A stretch of 63,719 nucleotides of DNA, counting the filler, from Catajapyx aquilonaris (Eukaryota): the NCBI GenBank assembly GCA_000934665.2. It is 2 parts of 2 records of this genome, joined end to end, with 100 filler letters (N's around TTAATTAATTAA, not from the genome) between each part and the next. Parts side by side here need not be neighbours in the genome. Positions count along the whole stretch, not along the records: positions 1 to 31,823 come from JYFJ02004486.1; positions 31,924 to 63,719 come from KZ539155.1. One strand, given 5' to 3'. The position numbers and the translations under genes were made by a program. The notes beneath the pieces were generated by a model. It was not told the DNA's origin and searched no databases. It worked only from the letters and a program-made list of their open reading frames with translations. Below are positions 21,940-34,900 of this stretch, in pieces (within the stretch, counting starts at the first letter, position 1; each line of letters opens with the position of its first letter).

Positions 21940-23895
21940 GGGAATCGAATGTACCTATCAGAATCACTTCATATCTCAAAGATGCACGGTTTATTTCTGC
22001 AGGAATACCAGATTAATGTGCCGTACAAGTTATACTACGACCTGTTCTACACAAAGTTCAATTTGTCATTTGGGGCTCCAAGAAGCGACACGTGCTCTAC
22101 GTGTGATTTACTAAATACCAAGAAGAAGGTGGCCACCATGTCAGCGGAGGACCGGTCAGCCTTGGAGTGTGAACACTCGCTTCATCTGAAGAAAGCAAAA
22201 GCATTCCACGAATTGAAACAGCAGGCCAAGGAGAAGGCAATGGCAAGTAATGGTGTGGTTTCCCGAGCTGAGCTGGAAGGAGGTCAAATGTAGTATACGA
22301 AGGGGCTGGAGTAAAAGGTCCACAGCAGTGCATGTTGATTTGGTTGCCTGGTTACATGACAAGTGGCAGTAGGTGATGTGTCAAAATGTAGACTGTCTGT
22401 GTGGTGTGGAGTGATGACTTGGCGGGGTGCACTGCCGTGCACCTTGATACAGCTTGATTTCTCCTATTAGAGAAAGCAGCGCAGCAGTGGGAATGGTTAT
22501 GTATGCATGTACTTGTATGCATGCGCAGTAGAAGAGTAACTCAAGTTGATCTATTGCTTTCAGATTCCTGGCCACTGGGTACTCTTATCAAACGATCAGT
22601 TCCTCATATAGGATGGGGAAATCTACCGTGAGCAGAATCATACGAGAAACCTGCCCTGTGATATTTAAAGAGCTGCAACCGCTCTACATGCCACAACAAA
22701 CTGCACGTCTGTGGAAATCAAACTCCGACGATTTCCAGCACATGTGGAACTTCCCCCACTGTGCTGGAGCTGTTGACGGGAAACATGTAGCCATAAGGGG
22801 TCGGGAGGGTTCTCAATTTTTTAATTATAAAGGGGGCCACAGCATTGTGCTGAAGGCCATAAGTGATGCGCAGTACAGGTTCTGTTATGCCGATGTTGGG
22901 GCCTATGGAAGGGAGAGTGATGGGGTAGTGTTCAGTTCTTGTGCCCTTGGAAGAACCTTTGAAGAAGATGGCTTCTTCCCACCACCCGATGCTCTCCCAG
23001 GCAGCAGGGTAGTGTTACCTTACGTCTTCGTCGGCGATGCTGCATTTGCGTTAAAAAACAATTTCATGAGGCCCTACCCCGGCGACAACCTGGACAATCC
23101 GGTGAAGAGGGTGTATAATTACCGCCTGTCAAAAGCCAGAAGATGAGTGGAAAATGCCTTCGGCATCTTAGCAGCAAGATGGCATGTATTGAAACGATCA
23201 TTACTATTGGCAGCAGATGTCATTGATGATGTGGTTTTGGCCACTCTAGTGCTGCACAATTTCCTCAGATCCTGTGGGTCAGCTGAACGCCGAAGGTATT
23301 GCCCGACTAATTTTGTTGATAGGGAGGATGTCAACGGGAATGTGGTGTTAGGAGACTGGAGGAGGGAAGTAACCAATGAGGGTATGTTTACTGAGCTTGA
23401 CAAAAATAGGAGTAACCACCCTGCTAGGGGGGTAAATTGCAAGTTCTTTTACAATAGTTAACAAACTGAAGAATAAATGTTTCATGTTCACAATGTTAAT
23501 TGTCTGGTATGTAAGGTAGCAGGCCAAGGAGAAGGCAATGACAAGTAATGGTGTGGTTGCCATGTCATTTGACTATATGCAAAATTTGCCCCTTCCGAAC
23601 ACAAACGCTGTCTTCTATGCGCGGCAGTTGTGGTACTTCCTCTTCGGGGTGCACAACATGGGAACCTACGAGGTTGTTATGTACGGGTATCACGAATGTC
23701 AAGGCAAGAGAGGCCAGTCAGATGTCACATCGCTGCTCTTCTTGTGGATCCGCAAGTATCTCGCGCCAGGCACACGCATACTGCATGTGTTCACGGACGG
23801 GTGTGCCGGCCAAAACAAGAACTTTGTGATGATCAAATTCTGGTACATTATTGTTCATGTGTTAAACCTGGTGGAAAAGGTTGTCCATCACTATG
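21940..23895 (+). pseudogene. Sola1-like DDD transposase fragment (21940-22260 and 23518-23895), split by an insertion
   Basis: YL..LHISKM..FNLSFGAPRSDTCSTCD..H; FDYMQNLPLP..FYARQLW..HNM; FTDGCAGQNKN. Confidence 0.7.
22564..23461 (+). pseudogene. Harbinger (HARBI1-like, DDE_Tnp_4) transposase fragment with premature stop
   Basis: FLATG, GAVDGKHV, FNYKG, DVGAYGRESD, VGDAAF, YNYRLSKARR*VENAFGILAARW. Confidence 0.93.
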
Positions 23896-24961
23896 CCATT
23901 CCGCAAACTGACTGGGAAGGAAATCGATAGGTTGACGGCATACTATGGCAATGCCATTAGGAACCATTCAGATTCAGTGCAGGATATGCGTAATGCCATA
24001 TGGGCAACATATTATCACCCACAGACTCAAAGCCTCAACATCACTCTTGCCCACCAGGGGAGGACAGCTGGTGTGACTGGCAACGCTCATATACAACCCT
24101 ACACTCATCGGCCAAAGTTTCCGGCAGAGGTTGTAGATGCTATTAAACCAGTTTGTGAAGACCTGACCAACACTAACCTGCTAGAAAGGTGGGTAGGCGC
24201 TTTCAACCAAAATAACAACGAAAGTTTTAATGCAACAATTTGGAAGGTGGCTCTAAAGACCTCGTTCAGCGGCACCACGACAGTCGGAATTGCTGCCTAC
24301 ATTGCTGCCGGTGTGTTTAATGAAAGGAGCAATACATACATGCCAGTCATGAAGAAGATGGGTGTGACACCAGGGCCTTCTTGTCAGACTGAGTGTCAGG
24401 AGAGGGATGTCAAGAGGGTCACCCAAGCAGAGGCACGAGCTCTGGTGTCCACCAAAGAAGGCAGGGCCACGTCCCTCTCCACCTCGCTCGTCCCATCCAA
24501 CCTTGTTCCTTCCTCGTAATGATATTGTATGCGTGTCCTTAATTGCGAATAAACCAGACCAGTATGGGACCCATCTTTTTCATTGTGCTAACCCTCGCTA
24601 CTCGCTGGGGTCACACTATTATTTCTTAGAAAAGAAAATATGAGATGTCTAGATTTAGGTTCAGCGCAGAGTCACACTTACAGAGAAGGGATATATGTAA
24701 CTTTTCATATATTACAGATTACCGTTAAAGAGTGCAGCCCGCCCACTATGGTCTCACAGCATGTTGCGCAGCCCTCAACGGCAACATTCACAATCCCCTT
24801 TGCGGGGCACAGAGATGTGTACTGTACATTTGTAAAAAGAAAGTAGTGTAAGTTTAGTGTAATACATGTGAGAAAACTTTGCATTTATTTTCTGGGAAAC
24901 TAAAAATTCCTAATGCACAAGTTACACCCAGAAAAACAAGGCTTCAGGGTTGCATTCCCCC
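23896..24961 (+). mobile_element. Kolobok-like (Kolobok-Hydra/KolobokP type) transposase C-terminal fragment and probable 3' end
   Basis: KLT..IDRL..YYGNAIR..MRNAIWATYYH, QNNNESFNATIW; ends ..cccc|TTAA at ~24961. Confidence 0.6.
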
Positions 24962-24974
24962 TTAACACTAGGTA

Positions 24975-25545
24975 TGAGGGAGTACAAGGCAGTGAGAAAG
25001 GCGAATGGTGAGCAAGAACAGAAAAGGCTGCTACTGCTGAATTTAAAGGAGCTTTAAGGAAGACCCAACCAAACCAGACGTGGGATTTTCCACATTTGAA
25101 TCCTTGAGACCGTCGTGGTGCATTTTAGCTGGCCCCAAAGGCACCCACTCTGTTTGTGTGTGCGTGTATCACCAGAACGCTTCCCGGAGAAATATGCTCA
25201 TCACAGGACGAATTAATGCAGAAGACGGTGTGCGAGACATGACATCGGAGAGCTGCATGATGAGATAATGCAGGAATTGTCCCGGTGCGCGACGGTTCAC
25301 AGCAGACCCAGCCATTCAAGAATTCATCATGGACTGCGAAGAGGAGGTGCAGTACAATCTGTGGGTTGCAACGGACAAAACCACTCTCCTGTCCATGTCC
25401 GACACATGTGATGATTTCATCGAGACACTTTCGGAAAAAGTGGTGCAACTGACCCGGCACCACTTCACTGCCAAGTCCCAAGCAGCCTACCACTACAACC
25501 GTCAGGAGAGGTGTCCCGGATTTTCCGGGAAACTTTCCCACTGCT
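24975..25545 (+). pseudogene. Sola2-like transposase fragment
   Basis: EQKRLLLLNLKEL, GFSTFESLRPSWC..HSVCVCVYHQN, C..C..CPG, LTRHHFTAKSQ. Confidence 0.6.
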
Positions 25546-26371
25546 AGATCGAGGTAGGCTAAGTGAGGAGTTGGTTTTTTTGATCGGATGACCCGTGAAC
25601 ATGTGGCCTCTGCGCCTCGCATCGCGGTGTTACGAATTGTACAAGCAGGAAACTAAATGAAAATCAGGATTAATATGAGGACCTCACTCGCACATGTTCC
25701 GTTGCTTACAGATTGAAAGAATTGCAAATCCAGGAAATCGGCCACAATGTATCGCTAGGGAGAGAGAGATGTTTACACTTGCCAAGCACGTAGCCATTAG
25801 GTTAGGAGAGAGCCAATGGTTGCCAAGGCCACACCAGGCACAGCCAATCGCAGCGACATAAGCTAGATGGAAGCATGCGCGGCTGAATGAGAGGGAGATC
25901 GGATAAACAGGTGACATAAAAGATGACAAATACGAATGTTGAGATTCTTAGTATAACTGTATTGTGTATACTTATTACAATTGAACAGACTCGGGTATAA
26001 AAAATTCTCAGTTATGACAGACTTATTGTCGTGGTCTGTGGAAGTCTGTTACATCCCGATTGTTGTGTTGCATTATTGTGAGGTTGTCACTGCGTATCCC
26101 AAGTATGCTTACCTTTGTTATGGTGAAATATTTCCTGGCTGAGTTTGGGAGGGTTTTGGCACTGGCCTTTGAAGGAGGGGACCTGCAGGGTGTCTTATTT
26201 TATTGCAAGGAGTGCCTGATTAGCCATCACAGGCCTCCAGGAAAGGAGGGCCACACAATTTGTTTCCATCCCTATTTTCAATGGACCGTGCATAGTGCAG
26301 ATGTTGGGAGCAGAAACTGGGCTAAAAAAAAACAACACTTGGTGCCCACCCTTCACGGGGTGAACATGTAG

Positions 26372-28870
26372 TTGGGTATAATACAGCAGTGCGTAAATAC
26401 CCCGTCTAGTAGTTACTTCTCCCCCTTCCCTTCGACCTTCCCGTGGATACAACAGTGGGAAGATGCGCAGGACTTCCTCATAAACCCCAACATCAACATC
26501 CCTTACACTGGGGATAAGCCCGCTATCCAGGCGCAGAATGAAGACTGTGACGAAGCCCTATTGGATGTGTTCTTCCGTCTTCTTCCTGTCGACGTGCTGG
26601 AGGGGATCGTGAAGCAGACGAATCTCTATGCCCTACAAACAAAAAAGCACTTAAAAGAAAGAAAGAACATGATCAAGTTGGAAGACGTAAATCTACCAGA
26701 GATGAAGGCCTATCTTGGTATCAGCATAGCAATTGCCCTCATAGGGAAGAGCAGCATCGAGGAGAACTGGTCAACTGACCCCAAGACCAGCACTCCCTGG
26801 TTCTCCCGGATAATGTCAAGGACACGATATAGGGATATTTCGAGTGCCTTGCACTGCAACGATAGCAGCACAGAACCGTCCCCAAAAGATCCTCTCCAGG
26901 ACAAACTGTACAAGGTGAGCTGCGCTTCTTACAAATAGTAGACCTGTGGTTAGCATGCTTGCATTATTGTGTGGCAGGTGTGATTGTATTACCCGCGCCT
27001 CCCCTGTAAAGTGGCGGTTGCTGGCCGCGCGGGGGGGGCCGCCTAGGGGGAGGCAAGGGGACTAAGGGGAGAAGGCCGAGGGACATAGAGGAGAGCAGAC
27101 GTGTATTGGTGAAGCTCCAAGAGTAATAAAGACAGGATTAGCAAAACGTGAGTGTTGACCCCTTTTGTCGCATGCAAGGTCCTGAAGAGGACCTAGGTGA
27201 CCTTGTCCCATTGTGAAAATTGCCTACCTTGCAATTGGAATCCAGCTTTGACTGAATCATCACTAATGGTTCGTTGTCTATGTATTGCAGATTCCCCCAC
27301 TAATCGATTGAGTACTGCGCAGTATTCCAGAGCAGTTTTCTCCCGGCAAGGAACTCTCCATCGACGAGATGATGTTGGGGACGAAGGCCAGGATTGGTAT
27401 GCTAAAATTGTAACAATGTTTAAATCATTAAAAAATATAACATTTGACTAAATTAACGTCTCTCAACTTGCAGGATTTATACAGTATATGCCTATGAAGC
27501 CTACAATAAGGGGAATCAAAATTTGGGTCCTGGCAGACTCAAATTCCGGCTATGTTCTGAACTTTCAGATATATACCGGTCAAGTTGAGCAGGGCGTGGT
27601 GGAACGAGGACTAGCACACAGAGTGGTGCGGGACCTGATGGTAGACTATGTCTCCAAAGGGCACAATCTGTACATGGACAACTTCTACACCAGCCCAAAG
27701 TAAGTCCACCTCCTTTCATTTTGCTGCTACCTGCATCATTGAGCATGCCATTTATAAATTTTTTTGCTTTGTTCCCAACAATAAAACAAATTACCTTTTG
27801 CAGGCTTGTACAAGAGCTGCTTGATGAGAACACTCCGGCATGTGGGACTGTGAAGGAAATTCGGGCGGGCATGCCGAAGTTTCCACCAGTCGAAGAAGGG
27901 GAGGTAATTTTCAAGCGGGCTGGGCACATGCTGCTTGGGAAATGGGGCGACAAGCAGGCCGTCCACTTCCTCACAACGATCCATGGGGCAGAAATGCAGG
28001 AGGTGGTACGGCGTCGCAGAAGATCGAAGGCCAGGAGAGCTCGTCGAGCCAAGTCACCCAGAGTACCAGCAGCATGTGCAGCAGTGCCAGCGGGGCAGGC
28101 TGCAGCAGCAGGTGGAGCCAGTGGCGCAATTGAGACTGTCTCGAAACCGGTGGCTGTCATTGAATACAACAAATACATGGGCGCTGTGGACCGGGTGGAT
28201 CATATGCTTAGCTACTATCCGCTGGAGCACCGTACAGTTAAATGGTGGAAGAACGGTGTTCTGGCGGTTAGTAGACATGTGCATCCACAATTTGTGGGTA
28301 ACCATGAGAATCAAGAAGCCCAAGACACCGTCCAAGGACGTGAGGAGGGCTCTGGTTTATGCTTTGGTGGAAGAGTGGGTAAGCATCAAGCCGCAGGCCT
28401 CCTCACGGTTGCCTTCCCTACCCGCAACTTCCCCTTCCCTACCCTCAACATCCGGAGAGCCACCGGTGAAGCGGCACAAGGTGGACTACAGGCCTGTAGT
28501 TCCTCTTGCAGGGCATTTTTATGCTGGAGCAGCTAAGAGGGGAAAATGCTTGCCTTGCAAGAGGAACTCGTCAAAGATGTGCTCCATCTGTGAAGTTCTT
28601 CTCTGCGATGAATGCTACACAAAGAAACAGAATCATCCTGTAAAAAGGAATTCTCTGCCCTCCACCCCGGAGAGCCACCTACGCAGAAGCACAGGGTTGA
28701 CTACAGGCCTGCAGTTCCCCTGGCAGGGCATTTTCATGCTGATGCCAAAAAGCGGGGGAAATGCCTCACATGCAAGACGCAGTCCAAAAGCCTATGTTCA
28801 ATATGTGAGGTCCTAATGTGCCAGAGCTGCTACAAGGACCCAAATCAACATCCTAACAAGCAGACTCCAT
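26372..28870 (+). pseudogene. Intron-containing piggyBac (PGBD4-like) transposase pseudogene with duplicated Cys-rich tail
   Basis: IVKQTNLYA, MSRTRY..LH, LSIDEMM, YMPMKP..GIKIW, LYMDNFYTS, ACGTV, YNKYMGAVDRVD..KWWK; introns near 26914-27290, 27396-27472 and 27700-27802. Confidence 0.92.
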
Positions 28871-29696
28871 ATTGTAAGTCTTGGCTATTATTGTCTTACT
28901 GACCATATCGTTCACAGAGTGTTTCTTTCACATTGCAGAGCTACCCTTCCCTGCTGACTGCACTATGGTGAGCCAGGAGGCGACCCCTATCCGGCCAGCA
29001 TCACCTCACGGACAGGCAACGCTTCGTCGGCCTAACCTTTCCCTTCCCTGCCTGAAGCCTTTCCCGCCAAAACGTCAAGGCCAGAATTGAGCCACTCCGT
29101 GCCTGCTCCCTTCAAGGTTTTCCTATAAAAGGAACACACAAAACCAGCAGCACTTCACTTGATCTGCAGACTCCATCCAGGCACACCCGACCTCTGAGCT
29201 CCGCAGCGCACAAGACAACCGCCGACCTCCAGTCTCCGCAGCGCATCGGACGACAGGTCCTTCTCAGGACCAATTTTACCAACGGCCCTTTTCAGGGCCA
29301 ACCAAGAGCTTCTGTAAAGGGTCACGATCACCAAAGCACTATCCATGCTCCTCCAGGCACGGTCTCTCTTGACCATTGCACCTGCTGTCCACAGCACCAG
29401 TAGTTTGCAGCAGCGTCCCCACAAGAAGTCTCGGCACCACTTCGCCACACAACAGTCACACCCCGCCTGCCAGTTGGCCACAGTGCACTAATATGCTAAG
29501 CAATCACTGCCCTCAGCTTGTTTACAACATCTCTCATAATGTTCCTGTAAGCCCACCCTCCACTATTGGTCAGAATGCTACAGAGATGGAAGTGCATGAA
29601 AATGAGGTTGTGACACACCCGAGGGAACCTGTTGATGATGTCCAGATTCTGAGAAGAAACTAATTACACATTATAAGCAGGGAGGTCGGAAGGAGA

Positions 29697-31060
29697 ATGC
29701 TGGCACTTTTTATCACTATTATCAGTGCGTGTAGAAAACAGCACGACACTCACAGGAAGCGCACTGAGGCACATCGTAAATCTGAAAGGAGAAGCCGCAA
29801 AGGTCGGGTGTGTGTGGATCAACCCTGCCCAGCTAAAATTAATGTACTTATGGATGGGGAGGGTTTAAGAGTGTTTTTTTATAGAAACCACAATCACACA
29901 AACAAGCCAGAGAACATGCAATACTTTCGACTCCCAAAAAGCATTAGGGCATTTGTAATTAGTAACAGTGAGGATGAAATGTCTCCTAAGCAAATTCTAA
30001 GACAACTTGTGAGTGTTGCTGGAGACTTGGACAACCGGGACGATTTTCAGTATACACAAAGACATTTCGTTTCACTTCCAGACATTAAGAGAATAATTGA
30101 AGAACATGAGCCCCCTGTTCCTAAAGTTCCAGATTCCCAATCAGTGGCCGCCATGGTGTTGGGGCATGCCAAGAGATACAAGAACAATCCATTTATATTA
30201 TACAAGACTCAAGGCGAAAACGTATGGATCGGTGATATAGGGCTCAATGCCTTACCTGGTAGCAGAAATTTATTTGCACTTGTTTTGCAAACAAAAGAAC
30301 AATTAGAACGCATGAAGGAGGGTGTTACGGATGTCTTATGCATAGATTCTACTCATGAAACCAATTCACATGGATTTTACTTGTACAACAGCATATTGTG
30401 CCAGATAAGTCTCATCGTGGTTATCCAGTGGCACACTTCATAACCAATTCTAAAGACCAACAATCACTGGAGTTCACGTTTAACAGCATAAAGGCCAGAT
30501 GCCCAGATATGAAAATAAATTGTCTGATGACGGATGATGAAAAGGCCATTTATAATGCTGTCAATCAGACATTTCACGTAACTAAGCATTTACTGTGCCA
30601 CTTCCACATTTTAAAAAACTGGAAAGATTCATTAATGACACATAGCGTTGCTAAAAGTGATCGCGATGAAATGCTGAAGGCTCAGCACCGTATTCTGTAC
30701 ATTTCCCGCGTTGACAAGTTTCAAGCTCAGCTGAAATTGTTTTTGGAGGAGCATGCTCATGGATGCCCTGGATTTGTGGATTACTTTACAGAATACTATG
30801 ATCGCAGACAAGCACTATGTGCCATGTGCTACAGACACTTTCATCATGGCGAAACTGACACAAATAATTATTGTGAATCATTCCATAGTAGGCTTCAGAA
30901 TGATTATTTTGAGAAAAAGGGAAATTGCAGGGTAGACAATCTAATATCAGTACTACGGGAAATTGAAAGGTACAACTATTTACTCTGGGTGAAAAAATTC
31001 CAGGTTTATAAAATTGAATTACCCTGCAATAGAAATGCGATTGAGACTCGTCACATCGGG
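29697..31060 (+). pseudogene. MULE/Mutator transposase pseudogene
   Basis: CPAKI..HNH, CIDSTH.TN, GYPVAHFI, MTDD, LLCHFH..W, TNNYCESFH; frameshift at ~30400. Confidence 0.9.
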
Positions 31061-31823
31061 TTGGTGCATGGGCAGGTGCATGTTGCTGACTTGCTGTGTT
31101 GCCCAAGTCGAATAAACTTGACCTGCGGAAGGGGCACATTTTTCACTCGTGTTAATTGCTGCTTTCTCCTCCTTACCCGCGTGTCTTACCTGGCATCCAT
31201 CCTGCCTGGTTGCTTCCGCAGTTGTCAGTGGTTGACACACGGACGATAAGAGAGCTTTTAGTCCGTGGTTCTCACCACCTGACAGCCAATTGCCACTGTT
31301 CATCATCTCTGGATTTGGCCGCCATTGCTGCCGAGAGGAGAGGGGAAGAGGAACATGGCTCTTCTATCCGGCCAATCACAGACGGGCGCTCCCCCGCGCC
31401 ACAGGAGAAGACGTGTGGCATGCCCCTTGTACTTCTGCATACCCTTGATGGAGTACCTAGGATACAGTGCTTTCCTATCTTTTTCGTCGGCGACCCCAAA
31501 AAACCGCCACTCAAAATTCGCGACCCTCCTGATGTGCACACTCCTGATGTGAGTTATTATTGCCACGTACTAGGCCTACCTATACCAGAAGAATGAAGAT
31601 AATATAATAAAACCAGGCGGTAAGGAGGAAATGGAGTTTGAGGAAATATTGCAAGTATTTCCTGAATTTATTAGTAAATTCAGCCCAAAATAACTTAAGA
31701 ATTGATACTGGACAAAAAAAAAAAACTTAGTCAGATATTAACGGGGTTATTCCAGACCATGTAGGTCCTTAAACCCCGGGCCCCACATAGGGCCTATATC
31801 ATCACTCTAAGTCCCTTTCATCG

Positions 31824-31923
31824 NNNNNNNNNNNNNNNNNNNNNNNNNNNNNNNNNNNNNNNNNNNNTTAATTAATTAANNNNNNNNNNNNNNNNNNNNN
31901 NNNNNNNNNNNNNNNNNNNNNNN
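31824..31923. other. Assembly gap with artificial TTAATTAATTAA linker
   Basis: N-run, six-frame-stop linker, N-run; 100 bp total. Confidence 0.9.
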
Positions 31924-34900
31924 CCTAGTGAAACCCCTGGGGCATATGTCGGGGCCTCCGTACGGATTTGCATAGCGAATAACAGGAGAGACAGACATAC
32001 GTCTAGAAATATGTATTAGATAGAATTTTTTTGATCCAGACTAAAAGGTCAGAGGAAAACAAAGAGCTGGCTACTTTTCAACAGTAAGTACGCAGAAACC
32101 GAAAATGATTAGAGCAATTTCGACGCCAAGATGGCGATCGTTTGCCTCGCTTTTCCTGCGGAATCTGCTGGAGTCATACATCAGCGCGCAATTAGTGCGC
32201 GCAATTTGCAATAAGGCTTCTCACCTTTACCCGCAGCCCTGTGCAATCTCTGGAGGAATTTTGGCCAATTGATGAGGAAGGGGCCTTGTTATTAATTACT
32301 GGCGTGCGAGAGACTCTCAAGGGGAGGGCCTCAAAGTAAAGCTTACCAAGTTAACGGAATCGCTCTTAGCTGCTGTACTTACTTTGCCTCGCTGGGGTTG
32401 AGCAAATATTGCTGCCAAAACTGACAGGAGCACAGCCACTAATTATTATTCACCTCCAAGTTTGTACTAAAAGCATGTTCGCTGTTTGTCACATGGTACA
32501 AAAATGGCAATATGACGAATACATATTACCAATAGTACGAAGTACTAATCATTTGAATTACTGACCATTCCGCGGGATGCAACTAATCTTATCGGCATCA
32601 GGGCTTCGCAGCTGATCGGTCAGCAATTGTCACAAAGTTAATCCTGCATGTCCTTGGTCAGATATGACGCTAATTAGCCTTCATAATTGGACCCCACAAA
32701 TATTTTCGTGGCTAACCAGGACCTGTCACGTTCCTTCCGCATGCAGATGACAAGAAAATGGTTGCTCCTGACACGTATATGCTCACGCGATGCTAACTTG
32801 TCACTCGGGTTTGCCTGACCCTCTCGTGGGAGTGCCACCCATGGGCTGCTTTTCTACTCGACGCGACACTTCACTTGCTCGGGAGAGACAATGGGATTTA
32901 ATGCGCTTAGAGGGTCAAACACTGCGTACTTGAATAATTGCAGGGAATTCAGCAGGGATGATTATTATTGGTGCCCAGCAAGTACAGTGCATGTCAAAAC
33001 CGTAAAAGAAAATGTCGCAAAGTTATGTGTGACGTGTCGCAACCATTTCACAACCCATTAGCGGTTCGGCCTCTAGGGACGACGATTTAAAAGACACGCA
33101 CTTGTGCGTGAGTTGCATTTACGACATGGATTTAAACTTACAGTTGTCGCTATCTCTGAAGTGGACCAGGTGTATTTAAAAGAGAGAGAAAAAAAACCGA
33201 TCTGAGACCAGATCGCAAGACGTCGCGTCGTAATCTTGACGTCTGACAGGTAGATAGTACGATTGTTTCTGACATATCTTTTCTACCTCCCACTCTTGAA
33301 GAGGAACAAAAGGATGCGACGTTTTGACATGTAATCCAAATCGTGTCTGTCCCTGGAGGCTCCCACTGCTCTAAGAAAGAAGAAAAAAAAATCATATTTG
33401 ATCCAACTTCTTTGCGTCAGAAAAATGCATGGTTACACAACTCTTCTGCATTCAACTTTACAAGTTTGGTCCAGGCTATTTGGCCTCTAGCTATGGTTCT
33501 CATTTGATGTCGACGCAAGAAATGGGAGGTCTCTTTGACTCCCTTGATTTTCCGTGGTGACGCAAATACTCCCTTCCGAGCCCTATTTCCTGTCGGTTAG
33601 CGAGACCCCGCGAATTATTCGCTCGAGTGCGAAAAAGTCAAACGTAAAAACCGAGGTCGAAAAAAGAGGGGCTATTTTTTTTTGCTTGAGGGGCAGGGGC
33701 AGGAGGGTATCGTCAAGTTGATCAATTCTAGACTCATTGACGTCTGTCCCCAGCGACATTTCAATCTTTTTCCGAGGATATTTATACACTTGCTCTTAAC
33801 CTTGCCAATATGTCACGCTTGGCTCGTAAAAACTGGCCTTCATCATGGAGACTATTCCCACAGCATATAAAAATGGTTATCGTGACAAATGGTTTTCACA
33901 TGAAGCCTGTTACGTAAACGGTTTTGAATAACGTGAGTCTATTTGAACTAGTTGCACTTTCTGACTTTACTTTAACAATACCAGTGTGGCCAACACTCTG
34001 GAGACAACCAGGTAAGGTGCATAAGCGTCGTCTGGTCCCAGCCTTTTGTTCGAAGCCACCTGAGTGCGAAGGGACTTGGGTCTGAATTTGACACGTTTTG
34101 CTAAGGGGCATTCATAATGCAATTAGAAGCTGGGAGGAAGGGGGGGGGGGTCTCCAAATTAGTAACGGCGGTGCGGGCCCCTCGAAGCACTTGATCCCCT
34201 CAAGCTGCCAATCCGATTTGCTGCCAGGGAGAGAGAGAGAGAATCTAGCTGGCGTTATATTATGTAAGTTTTCCCACGATTTCAAACCCTTTTGTGACCG
34301 ATTCCACACTTGTATCATCCTGTGTACTCAGATTCATGCCTGAGAGTTGTTGGAATTTCTCAGGGATTCTCCATCCCACCCTCTAGGAAAAGTAATTATT
34401 TGGGAATGTGATTTGTTTGCCTGGGTACTTTTCATGCTCAGAGGACTCACCCCCACGAAAAACGATTCGGCCTCTATGCACAAGAGTTTATCAGCACAGC
34501 CGCAACTTTCCTTCCCCCCCAACCAAACGGAAAACTTTTCTTCTCCCAGGCTCTTAGTGCAGTGAGGGGACGGAGAAAATTTTCTCAACTGCAAGCAAGC
34601 TAAATCACCTGTTCATGTGTAAAATCAAGCACGAAGGTATGCGACACGCTGGAGAGAGAGAGAGGAATAAAGAAAAACAGGGGGGGGGGGGGNTCTGCAG
34701 TTTTGGATTAGGCGAAACTTTCCAGGTTAAACATCCGATTTAACGCGATTTGCATTAGGAATAGCATGCTACATACAACCTGACACCACCTGATAAACCT
34801 GAAGTTGTTGTCCCCTCCTTTTTTTCTCTTCCAAAGAGGTTGTCCCAAATTGCAGTTTAAGAGGAGGGGGGGGGGGGGGAAGGAAAAAAAGGGAAGTGTC

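Noticed and set aside
25490..25511. Another micro-inversion in the Sola2-like fragment
   Set aside because: Flipping gives only a weak match to the expected motif before DF..N; sequence too degraded.
26970..27171. Solo LTR in piggyBac intron (TGTGGCA..TGTCGCA, AATAAA)
   Set aside because: Ends are plausible but there is no TSD.
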